Below, piece by piece: positions 48,152 to 57,229 of a stretch of 64,000 nt of DNA. How positions within the stretch are numbered: the first letter of the stretch is position 1; each line of letters opens with the position of its first letter. Source of the DNA: an uncultured Candidatus Saccharibacteria bacterium (GTDB lineage Bacteria; Patescibacteriota; Minisyncoccia; Minisyncoccales; GWA2-38-27); the NCBI GenBank assembly GCA_964469955.1, contig CAYXZK010000005.1, positions 47,410 to 111,409 of the forward strand, given 5' to 3'. The translations under genes and the position numbers were made by a program. The notes under the pieces were generated by a model. That model made no database searches and was not told the DNA's origin. It was given only the letters and a program-made list of their open reading frames with translations.

Positions 48152-49180
48152 ATGAAAGATGATTCTCCAATCATTAAAATTGCCAAAACAGCTTGTCCCG
48201 CTGTAATAACTATTATTATCACAAGAGATCTTCCAAAAGTAGATGGTTTTTATTTAATGCCTATTGGGGGCAGAGGCGTCATTCTCCCAAAATTCAAAAA
48301 AGGCAAAAAAGAATCAACTAAAATAGGGGGAGGTTCTGGTTTTATAGTGTCTCCTGATGGCTATGTTATAACTTCAAACCACGTTGTTTCTGACCATGAA
48401 GCCGATTATAGCGTAATTCTAAGTCCAAAGAAAAAATATCAAGCCAAAGTCTTAGCGCGCGATCCTATTAACGATATCGCGATTTTAAAAATAAAAGACA
48501 AAAAACTTCCTTATATAGGCTTAGGCGATTCAAATAAAATTGAGTTAGGCCAAGGAGTGGTTGCTATTGGAAACGCTTTAGGGGAATTCAATGACACATT
48601 AAGCTCTGGAATTGTCTCTGGGTTGTCGCGTTATATCCACGCAACAAATCATTTTGACAGCCATACGGAAAGATTAAGAGGACTTATTCAAACTGACGCC
48701 GCCATTAATCCGGGTAATTCCGGAGGACCATTGGTAGATATGGAAGGAAAAGTGATCGGAGTTAATACCGCCATGGTGATCGGAGCTCAAAATATCGGTT
48801 TTGCTATCCCGATTAATTACGCTAAAAAAGATTTAGACGAAGTTAAAAAATACGGAAAGATAAAGCATCCTTTTTTGGGAATAAAATACATTACATTGAC
48901 AGAAGAAATATCTCAAAAGAACAAGTTGCCTGTAAGCTATGGGGCATTAGTGGTAAGAGAGAGTTTAGGGGAGTCCCCCGTCATAAAAGGATCTGGCGCA
49001 GACAAAGCCGGCCTAAAAGAATTTGATATTATATTGGAAGCAAAAGGCAAAAAAATTAATTCTGAAAAACCATTATCAGATATTCTTCAAGAATCTAAAA
49101 TTGGAGAAATAATTGAATTAAATGTTTTAAGAAAAAACAAAAGAATAATTTTAAAAGCAAAACTTGAAGAAAAAAAATAA
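48152..49180 (+). CDS. htrA: HtrA/DegP-family serine protease with one PDZ domain
   Basis: GGGSGFIV, TSNHVV, NDIAILKI, IQTDAAINPGNSGGPL, PDZ (GSGADKAGLKEFDII). Confidence 0.93.
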   Translation: MKDDSPIIKIAKTACPAVITIIITRDLPKVDGFYLMPIGGRGVILPKFKKGKKESTKIGGGSGFIVSPDGYVITSNHVVSDHEADYSVILSPKKKYQAKVLARDPINDIAILKIKDKKLPYIGLGDSNKIELGQGVVAIGNALGEFNDTLSSGIVSGLSRYIHATNHFDSHTERLRGLIQTDAAINPGNSGGPLVDMEGKVIGVNTAMVIGAQNIGFAIPINYAKKDLDEVKKYGKIKHPFLGIKYITLTEEISQKNKLPVSYGALVVRESLGESPVIKGSGADKAGLKEFDIILEAKGKKINSEKPLSDILQESKIGEIIELNVLRKNKRIILKAKLEEKK

Positions 49181-49189
49181 ATTTAATTA

Positions 49190-49221
49190 AAAACAGTCCC
49201 GCAGAATTACGGGGCTGTTTT
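49190..49221. terminator. Bidirectional terminator between htrA and tRNA-His
   Basis: AAAACAGTCCCG-CAGAATTA-CGGGGCTGTTTT. Confidence 0.75.
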
Positions 49222-49241
49222 ATTTTACTTTTTTTAGAGAA

Positions 49242-49318
49242 TGGGGCGATCGACCGGGCATGATCCGGCAACCTCTTCGGCCACAGCGAAGCGCTCTACC
49301 AATTGAGCTACGACCGCC
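49242..49318 (-). tRNA. tRNA-His(GTG), with G-1 and encoded CCA
   Basis: GGCGGTCGTAGCTCAATTGGTAGAGC..CTTCG-CTGTGGC-CGAAG...GCCGG-ATCATGC-CCGGT CGATCGCCCCA. Confidence 0.93.
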
Positions 49319-49535
49319 ATATTATACTCTATGGCTTAGATATATTTCTTTCTAAAACCAAAACTCTTTTTTTTCAAAAATCGTTTTTTGATTTTTTTTC
49401 GTTTGTTTTTATGGATTCAAAATAGTGGGCTTTAGCAATATCTAACTGATTTAAGAATAACAAAAGAGAAAACTGGTGTCAAACAAAAAAAATCAGCCGA
49501 TTAAGCAGAAAATTGAAGATAGTCAAATTATTTAC

Positions 49536-49610
49536 TGGTGCCCCCGAGAGGAGTCGAACCCCTATCTAGAACTTAGAAGGTTCCTATTCTGTCCGTTGAA
49601 CTACAGGGGC
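49536..49610 (-). tRNA. tRNA-Arg(TCT)
   Basis: GCCCCTGTAGTTCAACGGACAGAA..GGAAC-CTTCTAA-GTTCT...GGTTCGACTCC..CGGGGGCACCA. Confidence 0.95.
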
Positions 49611-49636
49611 AATAATGTTGTTATAGCTGAAATAAA

Positions 49637-49963
49637 TTATTCGGTCAATTCTTCATGCGCCACAGGAACGGTCGCTTCTTCAAAAGGATTAAGGTATTCG
49701 TTCAAATCTGATTGTATAAATTTCTTTTCGCGCGCCTGCCATTCTTCTAAAATTCTTTGGCGCGATTCTTCTTTCAATAAGAAAAACTCTTCTGAAATGT
49801 TTAAGGTTATCTTTTGGGGGGTAATAACATATTCATAAAACACGAAAGCGCCTATAAGTAAACTTAAGAACAAAAGCAATAAACAAACATAAAAAATATT
49901 CTTTGTTATTATTGTTAAAAAAATTTTTATAAGATTTCTAATTTTGTCTGATTTCATATTCAA
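49637..49963 (-). CDS. Single-TM hypothetical protein at the pilP position
   Basis: One TM helix, C-terminal LNPF, directly after the pilO-like gene. Confidence 0.6.
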   Translation of the reverse strand: MNMKSDKIRNLIKIFLTIITKNIFYVCLLLLFLSLLIGAFVFYEYVITPQKITLNISEEFFLLKEESRQRILEEWQAREKKFIQSDLNEYLNPFEEATVPVAHEELTE

Positions 49964-49972
49964 AAAAATATA

Positions 49973-50518
49973 TTATTCTGTAAAAACTTTTACCGCTAAA
50001 TCAGCTTGAATACTGTTTGCGGGCATCTCCGCGTAACCAAAATTTTTACTTGTCAGCTTTTTTATCTTTAAATTTTGAACCTCGATTAAATAGGGAGCTG
50101 CTTCCGTTTTTTTAAGAAATTTTGAGAAATCTGAAAAAGAACCCGTTAAAACAACCTTGAATCCTATAAAATTCCAAACATCTGTTTTGTATTCTCTAGG
50201 CACGAAAGGAGAAAATTCAATTAAAAGATTGTTATTCATAGCTACGCCTTCCCAGAATTCAATTAAGCCAACAGGCACCTCTGGATCAATAAAAAGATCG
50301 TCTATCTTTTTAAGATCTAATTTCAACTTTTCGTAGTTTTTGCTATAATCTTGAGATTTTTCAACTTGTTCGCACAATAAAATTGTTTTCTCTCTGGTAT
50401 TAATAATTTTTTTAGAATTTTCTTGGATATCTTTAAATAAAGGAAATATTATAAAAACGATTAGAAACAAGGCTATTATCCCAGAAATAATCACAGTTGT
50501 AACAATGTTTTTTTTCAT
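49973..50518 (-). CDS. pilO: Type IV pilus PilO-like protein
   Basis: N-terminal TM, coiled coil, LTGSFSDFSKFLKKTE..PYLIEVQNL ferredoxin-like motif; follows pilN. Confidence 0.8.
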   Translation of the reverse strand: MKKNIVTTVIISGIIALFLIVFIIFPLFKDIQENSKKIINTREKTILLCEQVEKSQDYSKNYEKLKLDLKKIDDLFIDPEVPVGLIEFWEGVAMNNNLLIEFSPFVPREYKTDVWNFIGFKVVLTGSFSDFSKFLKKTEAAPYLIEVQNLKIKKLTSKNFGYAEMPANSIQADLAVKVFTE

Positions 50519-51105
50519 CGTTTTACTTTAAAGGTTAGAGAAAATTTAATATCATCTCGGCTGACTAGATTTTTTAAAGGAAAATAAATCTCTTCAAAAC
50601 TTTCTTCTTTTTCGAGCTCCTGCTTAAACCAAATAAGAATTTCTCGATTCAAAGCAATCCCTGTAAGAGAAAATTTAATTCCATATGCTTCTATTGTTTT
50701 TTGAAGCTCTTTTTGGGTTGGGTCTATAACTAATTCAGAATAATGTTCCGCCGAAAAATCAGTTAAATATATTTCTGGCGGTAAGGTCTGAGAAATTTTT
50801 TCCAAAATTTCAGAAATATAAATTTGTCTGCCGTAAAAAGAATTAATTTCTTCAAGTTCTAAATTAGCCCTTTTAATTTCTTCTTTAAAATTTCTAAATT
50901 CAGATTTATCAAGTTCTTTCTCTTTTTCCGTCACAACAAATTCTTGCGACTCAAGGATAATTTGAGAATATATCTTTATTGAATAAAAGACTAAAATCAA
51001 ACAAAAAATAAAATAAAAAAACAAAACCAAAAGAATTAGATTCAATTTTATCTTTTTTTTAAATAAAAGTTTTTCTTTTTTGTCTGAAGGGAGTAAATTA
51101 ATCAT
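50515..51105 (-). CDS. pilN: Type IV pilus PilN-like protein
   Basis: MINLLP PilM-binding motif, TM helix, LEKISQTLPPEIYLTDF, LTGIA. Confidence 0.88.
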   Translation of the reverse strand: MINLLPSDKKEKLLFKKKIKLNLILLVLFFYFIFCLILVFYSIKIYSQIILESQEFVVTEKEKELDKSEFRNFKEEIKRANLELEEINSFYGRQIYISEILEKISQTLPPEIYLTDFSAEHYSELVIDPTQKELQKTIEAYGIKFSLTGIALNREILIWFKQELEKEESFEEIYFPLKNLVSRDDIKFSLTFKVKR

Positions 51106-51108
51106 AAA

Positions 51109-52236
51109 TCAATAATCTCTATTTATTCCCCTTAGAGCCAAACCCAAAACAGCAGAATAGCCAAGAGACTCTGTAAATGTTATTTCGGGCACCTCTCTTA
51201 AAGGCTCGGGCAAGATATTTACCCAAGGATTGGCTAACTCAACAGGAATTTTTAGGATTATAGAGAGAAAATCGCTTAATCCTTTTAAATCAGATTCTTC
51301 CCCTGAAAGAATAATTTTTTTAATTTTTACATTACCCGCAACAAGGTGTTCATATTTTCTGTGAGTTTCATAATAATCAATATATTTCCTGATTTGTTCG
51401 GTCAAATCGGCTAAAACAGGAACCATTGCGTCAAAAATACTTCTCTCTTCAGTTTCCTCTTCTTCTTTTTTATTAAATTTTAAAAAATCATAAGATAAGC
51501 CATATTTCTTTTTTAGTTTTTCTGCTTGAGTTATATCTACTTTTAAAATTTTGGATATTGCTCCCGTTAAATCTTCCGAAGAAATAGGTATGGTCGTGGT
51601 AAAACGGATAGAATGGCCCGAGAAAACAATGAAATTTGTCTTAGTCTTTCCTAAATCAATTATTAATAAAGGGAAAGGACTTGTTCCATCTTGAACCAAG
51701 GACCTGCTTATGGATTGAACATCAACTTCTAGCGCCCGTAAATTGAGTCCCGCTTTTTCAATACAATCAATATAAGGATCAGCAATTTTTCTAGGAAAAG
51801 CCGCGATTAAAACATTCAGATGATCCAAATGATTTAGAAAAGGATTAATTATTTGAAAATCTAAATAAACTTGTCTTATCGGAAGAGGTATGTAATTTTC
51901 GGCTTCAAACAAAACAGCTGTTTTTAATTCTTCTACTTTCATTTTAGGCATTTGAATAACTTGTAAAAATGCCATTTTTTCCGGCAAGGAACTCACAACG
52001 TTTTTTATTTTTATTTTTTCCCCTTTCGTATTATTTAAAATCTCTTTTATGGCAGCAGTCAAAGCTTGTTTTTTTTTAATGTTCCCTTGTTCAACTATAC
52101 CCGGCTTTAAACTCATTTCCTGAAAAGATTTTAAACCTAAAAACTTACCCTTCTTTTTAAGCTGAACAACTTTTAAGGATAAATCAGAAATTTCCAAACC
52201 AAACGATTCCGGATTTAGATCAAAAAAATTTAGCAT
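51109..52236 (-). CDS. pilM: Type IV pilus assembly protein PilM
   Basis: FGLEISDLSLKVV, EAENYIP, IIDLG, IILSGE, ANPW, LGLALR actin-like fold. Confidence 0.93.
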   Translation of the reverse strand: MLNFFDLNPESFGLEISDLSLKVVQLKKKGKFLGLKSFQEMSLKPGIVEQGNIKKKQALTAAIKEILNNTKGEKIKIKNVVSSLPEKMAFLQVIQMPKMKVEELKTAVLFEAENYIPLPIRQVYLDFQIINPFLNHLDHLNVLIAAFPRKIADPYIDCIEKAGLNLRALEVDVQSISRSLVQDGTSPFPLLIIDLGKTKTNFIVFSGHSIRFTTTIPISSEDLTGAISKILKVDITQAEKLKKKYGLSYDFLKFNKKEEEETEERSIFDAMVPVLADLTEQIRKYIDYYETHRKYEHLVAGNVKIKKIILSGEESDLKGLSDFLSIILKIPVELANPWVNILPEPLREVPEITFTESLGYSAVLGLALRGINRDY

Positions 52237-52262
52237 CGTTTTCTAATTATTATACTAACATT

Positions 52263-53702
52263 TTAATATATTTCTTCCCAGTTTATAATTTCATACTGTC
52301 CAAAAGCAGGGAAATAAGGAGGCGGATCATAGATTAAATCTGGATCATAGCTCATTTCAGTTTCTTTATATCCAGAAGTTACGTCTTCTTGGGAGTTCAC
52401 CCAAGTAAAAGTCCACATTTGGTTAGTGATTATTGAGCCATAGGTTTCAATATAGTTAGTAATAGAACAGCTTTTATAAGGTTCCTGCCAAGACCAATCC
52501 GGATAATAATAACGAAAAACTCGGCCTTTTTGCGCAAGCAAAGAAGCCTTTATTTCTAAATTCTCCAATGAACAAATTTTATGCGTTGAATCGGTTGGAT
52601 ATCCCATCGGAATTATAATATCTTTTTGAGCTATCAGTCCTAAAACTGAATCTGCTCCTATGTAGCTAATATCTCCCCAAATAATTATTTTGGGCTCTTG
52701 CCCGGGCATATCCGGCAATTTTGCCGCAGCCAAAACAACTCTACCGTTAACGTCTCCGTTAACCCATAAATTATCTTCTACAAAAATCGGTTTACAATCA
52801 GAAGGAACAGAAAAATTACCAAGAATAGTCTCGTTTTCTATGCTATTTGACTCAAAAACCCATTCTTCCATATTCCACCCCCAGACTTCTTCTCTTAAGC
52901 TATTGACTTTATATAAATTGAAACTGCCATTGCTTAAAAACTCAATATGATATCCATAAGCACCCGAATCTTCAAAATAACAATCCTCTGTCAAAGAGCA
53001 TTCTCCTTGTTTTGATTCTGTTTTTAGGGTTCCCAAATCTTGCGTAATTTTGTCAAAATCTATAAACGGAACTGGAAATTCCCATAATCCGTCTTCGCCT
53101 CCCTCCCCATCACCCCAAATCCCTTCTTTCTCTTGGGAAGGAGAACAACCGTGTTCTGGTCCGCAAACATAAGTTTCTTGAGCAGAGGTAGAAAGAGAAT
53201 TTTGGTCGCCATCCATTCTTATCCCTCCGTTAGAATGAAAGAGACCTTTCAGTTCTTCGTTCGCCCCAAACCATACATTTGAATTTGTTAGAAAAGAATA
53301 TTTAGCTAAAGATGGTTGGGAATATTTTATTTTAATTTTCCGTTCCAAATCCGGAAAATCCAATGTCCATCCATTGGATTCAATTTTTATACCCGAACTA
53401 CATCCAGTCGGGGGAAGTATATTTAGTTCGTATTCGCCAATCCCGGCATAAGACCTGTTACCGCTGAAACTAAGGTCGTTTTCAGCATGCAAAAAATGCC
53501 ATCTAGAATAATTTATACCTGCTTCCGCCACATAAAGAGCTTCGTTCCACGCGACTTTTTTCAGAGATGTTTTGTGTTGAAAAATAATAAAACCCAATAA
53601 ACCGGTCAACATGATTAAAAAAATAGCTCCAAAAACTAAAACTAAAGCAGTAATTATGCCCAGCTGTTTATTGTTTGTCTTTTGAAAACTATTGTTTGCC
53701 AT
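52263..53702 (-). CDS. PilX-like minor pilin / tip protein
   Basis: LG|IITALVLVFG, ALYVAEAGINY PilX-N motif, HSNGGI, YDPDL...PPPYFP, C-terminal WEE. Confidence 0.78.
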   Translation of the reverse strand: MANNSFQKTNNKQLGIITALVLVFGAIFLIMLTGLLGFIIFQHKTSLKKVAWNEALYVAEAGINYSRWHFLHAENDLSFSGNRSYAGIGEYELNILPPTGCSSGIKIESNGWTLDFPDLERKIKIKYSQPSLAKYSFLTNSNVWFGANEELKGLFHSNGGIRMDGDQNSLSTSAQETYVCGPEHGCSPSQEKEGIWGDGEGGEDGLWEFPVPFIDFDKITQDLGTLKTESKQGECSLTEDCYFEDSGAYGYHIEFLSNGSFNLYKVNSLREEVWGWNMEEWVFESNSIENETILGNFSVPSDCKPIFVEDNLWVNGDVNGRVVLAAAKLPDMPGQEPKIIIWGDISYIGADSVLGLIAQKDIIIPMGYPTDSTHKICSLENLEIKASLLAQKGRVFRYYYPDWSWQEPYKSCSITNYIETYGSIITNQMWTFTWVNSQEDVTSGYKETEMSYDPDLIYDPPPYFPAFGQYEIINWEEIY

Positions 53703-53735
53703 CTAACGTTGATTGTTTATTATTAATTATCACTT

Positions 53736-54446
53736 CTAAAGATTAGTCTTCAGGTTTCTAATTTGAACACCCGAAATTAATTTATATCCTTCTGGAATTT
53801 TATCAGGATCAAAATTAATTATTAAACAAAGATGCATTAATCTGGTCTTTTTAAGTCGGACCGGGGTAGGAAGAGGGTTATTGATACAACTTTCCGCCGA
53901 TGGATTAAGCTCGCAATAAGTCGTTCCCACCCAATCTTCGTCATAATATTTAAAAACATACTCTTCCGGATCGATAACATTGTTTCTCACATTCTGGGAA
54001 AGAATAATAATTTCTCCGTTATAGGCAGGATCGTCCTTATCCTTAACATATTCAATCGGGCAACAAGCGCTTGGATTAATTATCTCTTTTTTAAAATCGT
54101 TGCCATCAATATAATATCTAACCCTTTCTGTCTCTTGGTCTTTATCTATGTCTGAATAAAAAATAAATTCATCGTTATCAGCTTTTTCAATTATATAAAA
54201 TCCGTCATCTCCGATAACAGCTTCTCTTATTTCTTTTGCCATTGTTTCTATCCCTCTATTCGCTTCTTCTATCGCCCTAGATTGATTCCAAGCGTAGTCC
54301 TGCGTCCGATAAACCATAATAATAAAAGCAAAGATTGTTCCCAACGCCAAAGTAAAAATAATAATAGCAACAAGAGTTTCTATTAACGTAAAACCATTCT
54401 TTTTATGATTTATGCTTTGTGTCCTGTGTTTTATTATATTAGACAT
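53736..54446 (-). CDS. PilW/GspJ-like minor pilin
   Basis: NG|FTLIETLVAI prepilin motif with E5, EIREA, ERVRYY, C-terminal VQIRN. Confidence 0.85.
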   Translation of the reverse strand: MSNIIKHRTQSINHKKNGFTLIETLVAIIIFTLALGTIFAFIIMVYRTQDYAWNQSRAIEEANRGIETMAKEIREAVIGDDGFYIIEKADNDEFIFYSDIDKDQETERVRYYIDGNDFKKEIINPSACCPIEYVKDKDDPAYNGEIIILSQNVRNNVIDPEEYVFKYYDEDWVGTTYCELNPSAESCINNPLPTPVRLKKTRLMHLCLIINFDPDKIPEGYKLISGVQIRNLKTNL

Positions 54447-54471
54447 TAGGTTGAAAAATAATTAAAAAAAA

Positions 54472-55902
54472 TTATTCAGGCAGAGGAGTTAAGAAAATAA
54501 GAGCATTAGGATTTGTTACCGGCGTAGTGTCGCCTGAAACAAAAATTGTCCCGTTATATGTTTCGTACCCGTCAATCTTAACTTCAATGCTATAAGTAAT
54601 TTTCTCCAATGGGATAAAAAAAGCCTGTCCTTCTTCGTCAGTAGGGTAAGTTTCGTCATAGCTCAAATCAAAATTAAATAATCTCACGCTAGCCCCAAAA
54701 ATAGGATCTGCGGTATTAATGTCTTGAGTTTTGACAGAGAGAGTGTTTTCGGCTTTCAAAATTAAATTTATTTCCTGAAAGGTATCAGGTAAAATATCAA
54801 ACGGTTGCGCGCTATCAACTCCAGGCGGAGATTGAATCCCAATTAATTGATAACTTGGAGAATCTACGTAAAAATTATAAGAATCCCATTCTAAATCAGT
54901 AAGTTCTATTTCACCTTGCGCGTTAGATGTTTGTGATTGAAGATATTTATAAATAGGATCTCCATTCTCGTCCTTGCCAACAGTTTTTAACCCTTGCATC
55001 TCAAAATTAACATTGCCAATAATAGGATAACCCTGTTCTAATGTACCCAGTGTTTTAATCCTCGCATTACTAAGTTTGTCAATTGAAAAACCAATTTCCG
55101 TAAGGTTGCTTTCGTAAATTAAAGGATGCGATTTAACTGGTTCTGTTATAATCCTGCCTCCATAACTATCGCCTGTTTGATATGTAGTTTCAGAACTATA
55201 AGAGAAGCCAGTCCCAGGATTAGTTATTCTAATTTTATAAGCACTGGGACTAAAAACGAAATTATGCTCTCCAGAAACTGGTTGATAGCTAGTTAAAACT
55301 TCTTCATTTAGGGGATTCAAAATCTCTATTAAGGGAGAAGAAATGGCTTGTCCAAGCGCGTCGAAAACTGAAACTGACAAAACTCCAGCCGCGGACCCAG
55401 TACACTCTTCTAATTCTTGATTAAGACTATTCGGAGAAATATCAGTAATGAGAGTAACTTCTCCTTGGAAAGGCTTGCTCCAAGAAACAACCACTTTTAC
55501 TCTTTTGTAATCCTTAACGCAATCATCTGTTAAGGGCGCGGTCGGACACTCAGCGCTTCGTGGCCCATCAAAGCAATCAGAAACATACCTTATTTCGGTT
55601 GACAGAGTATATTCAATATAATTCTGTAAAATTGTTTCTGTTTGCAAAAGTTCTCCTTCTGGCCCATCTGCTAATTTAGGAATATTGCCTATTTTTTTAT
55701 AAGGTAAATTTTTTATTGTTTCTATCTTCTGGTTCGCGATAGCTATCGCGATTATCCTTGCTTTATTTTGAAAAATTACTTTTACAGCTAATTGGTACGC
55801 GCCTAAAATTCCTAAAAAAACTATTATAATTAAAAAAGTCCCAACCAAGGCGTCAATTAAGGTAAATCCTTTTTTTGTTTTAAAATTTAAACCTATAAAC
55901 AT
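54472..55902 (-). CDS. PilV-like minor pilin with C-terminal carboxypeptidase-regulatory-like (beta-sandwich) domains
   Basis: KG|FTLIDALVG, AIANQKIETIKNLPY, YKRVKVVVSW, then repeated PIFGASV...TDEEG...YSIEV..DGY modules. Confidence 0.8.
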   Translation of the reverse strand: MFIGLNFKTKKGFTLIDALVGTFLIIIVFLGILGAYQLAVKVIFQNKARIIAIAIANQKIETIKNLPYKKIGNIPKLADGPEGELLQTETILQNYIEYTLSTEIRYVSDCFDGPRSAECPTAPLTDDCVKDYKRVKVVVSWSKPFQGEVTLITDISPNSLNQELEECTGSAAGVLSVSVFDALGQAISSPLIEILNPLNEEVLTSYQPVSGEHNFVFSPSAYKIRITNPGTGFSYSSETTYQTGDSYGGRIITEPVKSHPLIYESNLTEIGFSIDKLSNARIKTLGTLEQGYPIIGNVNFEMQGLKTVGKDENGDPIYKYLQSQTSNAQGEIELTDLEWDSYNFYVDSPSYQLIGIQSPPGVDSAQPFDILPDTFQEINLILKAENTLSVKTQDINTADPIFGASVRLFNFDLSYDETYPTDEEGQAFFIPLEKITYSIEVKIDGYETYNGTIFVSGDTTPVTNPNALIFLTPLPE

Positions 55903-55984
55903 TAAAATTTTAAATTATATGGAAATTTTATTTCACGATATGCTCATTAAACAAAAATGAACATTAAAATATTAAACCCTTTTC

Positions 55985-57205
55985 TTACATTGACCCTATC
56001 ATTGAATACATTGTTTGAATTATTGATATTGCAAAAAACCCAACCGCCGCTCCAACGACAAGCATTAAAACAGGCTCAATCAAAGAAGATAAATTTTCCG
56101 AAATACGCGTAACTTCGTCTTCAAAAAATTCTGACAATTTTTGAAGAATAGCTGATGTTTCACCGGTTTCTTCTCCAACGCTAATCATTTGGATAACCAA
56201 ATTTGGATAAATTTTTTTGTATTTTGACATTGCTTCAGAAACCTTAACTCCTTTTTTAACTTGTTCAGCGATTTCTAAAAGCGCCTCTTTATAATAGACA
56301 TTGCTTAATGTTCCGGAAACAATCCTAAGCGCGTTCAAAATAGGTACTCCTGCCACGATTAGAGAACTTAATGTTCTAACCGTATAAGCAGAATTGGTTT
56401 TTTGAACCAAAGAAGAAACAATGGGAATTTTTAGGAAAAGAAAATCTTTTAAACGCCTTCCTAATCTCGTTTTTAAAGCTACTCTTGCTAAAATTATTAT
56501 GAAAAAAACAATTACAGGCAGAAGATACCAGAAATTAGCTAAAAAGGAACCTGTTCGAATAACAATTCTTGTTGTAAAAGGAAGTTCTATGTTCAAAGAA
56601 TCAAACGTTTCGGCCAATTTCGGGACAACTAAAATCAACATAACAATCCCAATTAATATCATAGCGATAACTATCACCGCGGGATACATCATAGCCCCTT
56701 TTACTTTTGATCTAAGTTGATAATTTCTATCCATTTGCATAGCTAAAACTTCTAAAGATTGCTCTAAAGTTCCGCCTTGTTCACCCGCCTTAACCATATT
56801 CTGAAAAAGTTCAGAAAAAACATCAGGATATTTACCAAGGGCTTTGGAAAAATCGCTTCCTTCTATAATTTCGTTCTCTATTTTTAAAAGAACCTTTTTA
56901 AATTTTTTGCTTTTTGCTTGATCTCTTAAAATTCTTAATGAGCGTGGCAAAGAAATTCCCGCTGAAATCATAATTTTAAGATTGCGAGTAAACATCAATT
57001 TTTCAACCAGAGAAACCCTTCCAAAAAAAGAGAACAGATTATCTAATCTGTTTTTGAATGATTTTTTCTTTTCCAAGACAGCTGAAATCAAAACATATCC
57101 GTCTTTTCTAAAAATTGCCGCAAGCCTGCTTTTGTTTTCTGCTTCTAAAAATCCTGACTTCACATTGCCCCTTATATTTTTAACAACATAATGATAATTT
57201 GGCAT
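55985..57205 (-). CDS. pilC: Type IV pilus inner-membrane platform protein PilC (GspF family)
   Basis: FTRNL..MISAG, MVKAGEQGG.LE, AMMYP, VGEETG, LIEP. Confidence 0.95.
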   Translation of the reverse strand: MPNYHYVVKNIRGNVKSGFLEAENKSRLAAIFRKDGYVLISAVLEKKKSFKNRLDNLFSFFGRVSLVEKLMFTRNLKIMISAGISLPRSLRILRDQAKSKKFKKVLLKIENEIIEGSDFSKALGKYPDVFSELFQNMVKAGEQGGTLEQSLEVLAMQMDRNYQLRSKVKGAMMYPAVIVIAMILIGIVMLILVVPKLAETFDSLNIELPFTTRIVIRTGSFLANFWYLLPVIVFFIIILARVALKTRLGRRLKDFLFLKIPIVSSLVQKTNSAYTVRTLSSLIVAGVPILNALRIVSGTLSNVYYKEALLEIAEQVKKGVKVSEAMSKYKKIYPNLVIQMISVGEETGETSAILQKLSEFFEDEVTRISENLSSLIEPVLMLVVGAAVGFFAISIIQTMYSMIGSM

Positions 57206-57229
57206 AATAACTCAATGTCAAATAACAAA

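Noticed and set aside
49476-49838. 120-aa plus-strand ORF
   Set aside because: Reads through the antisense of tRNA-Arg(TCT) (WCPREESNP) and overlaps the 108-aa gene
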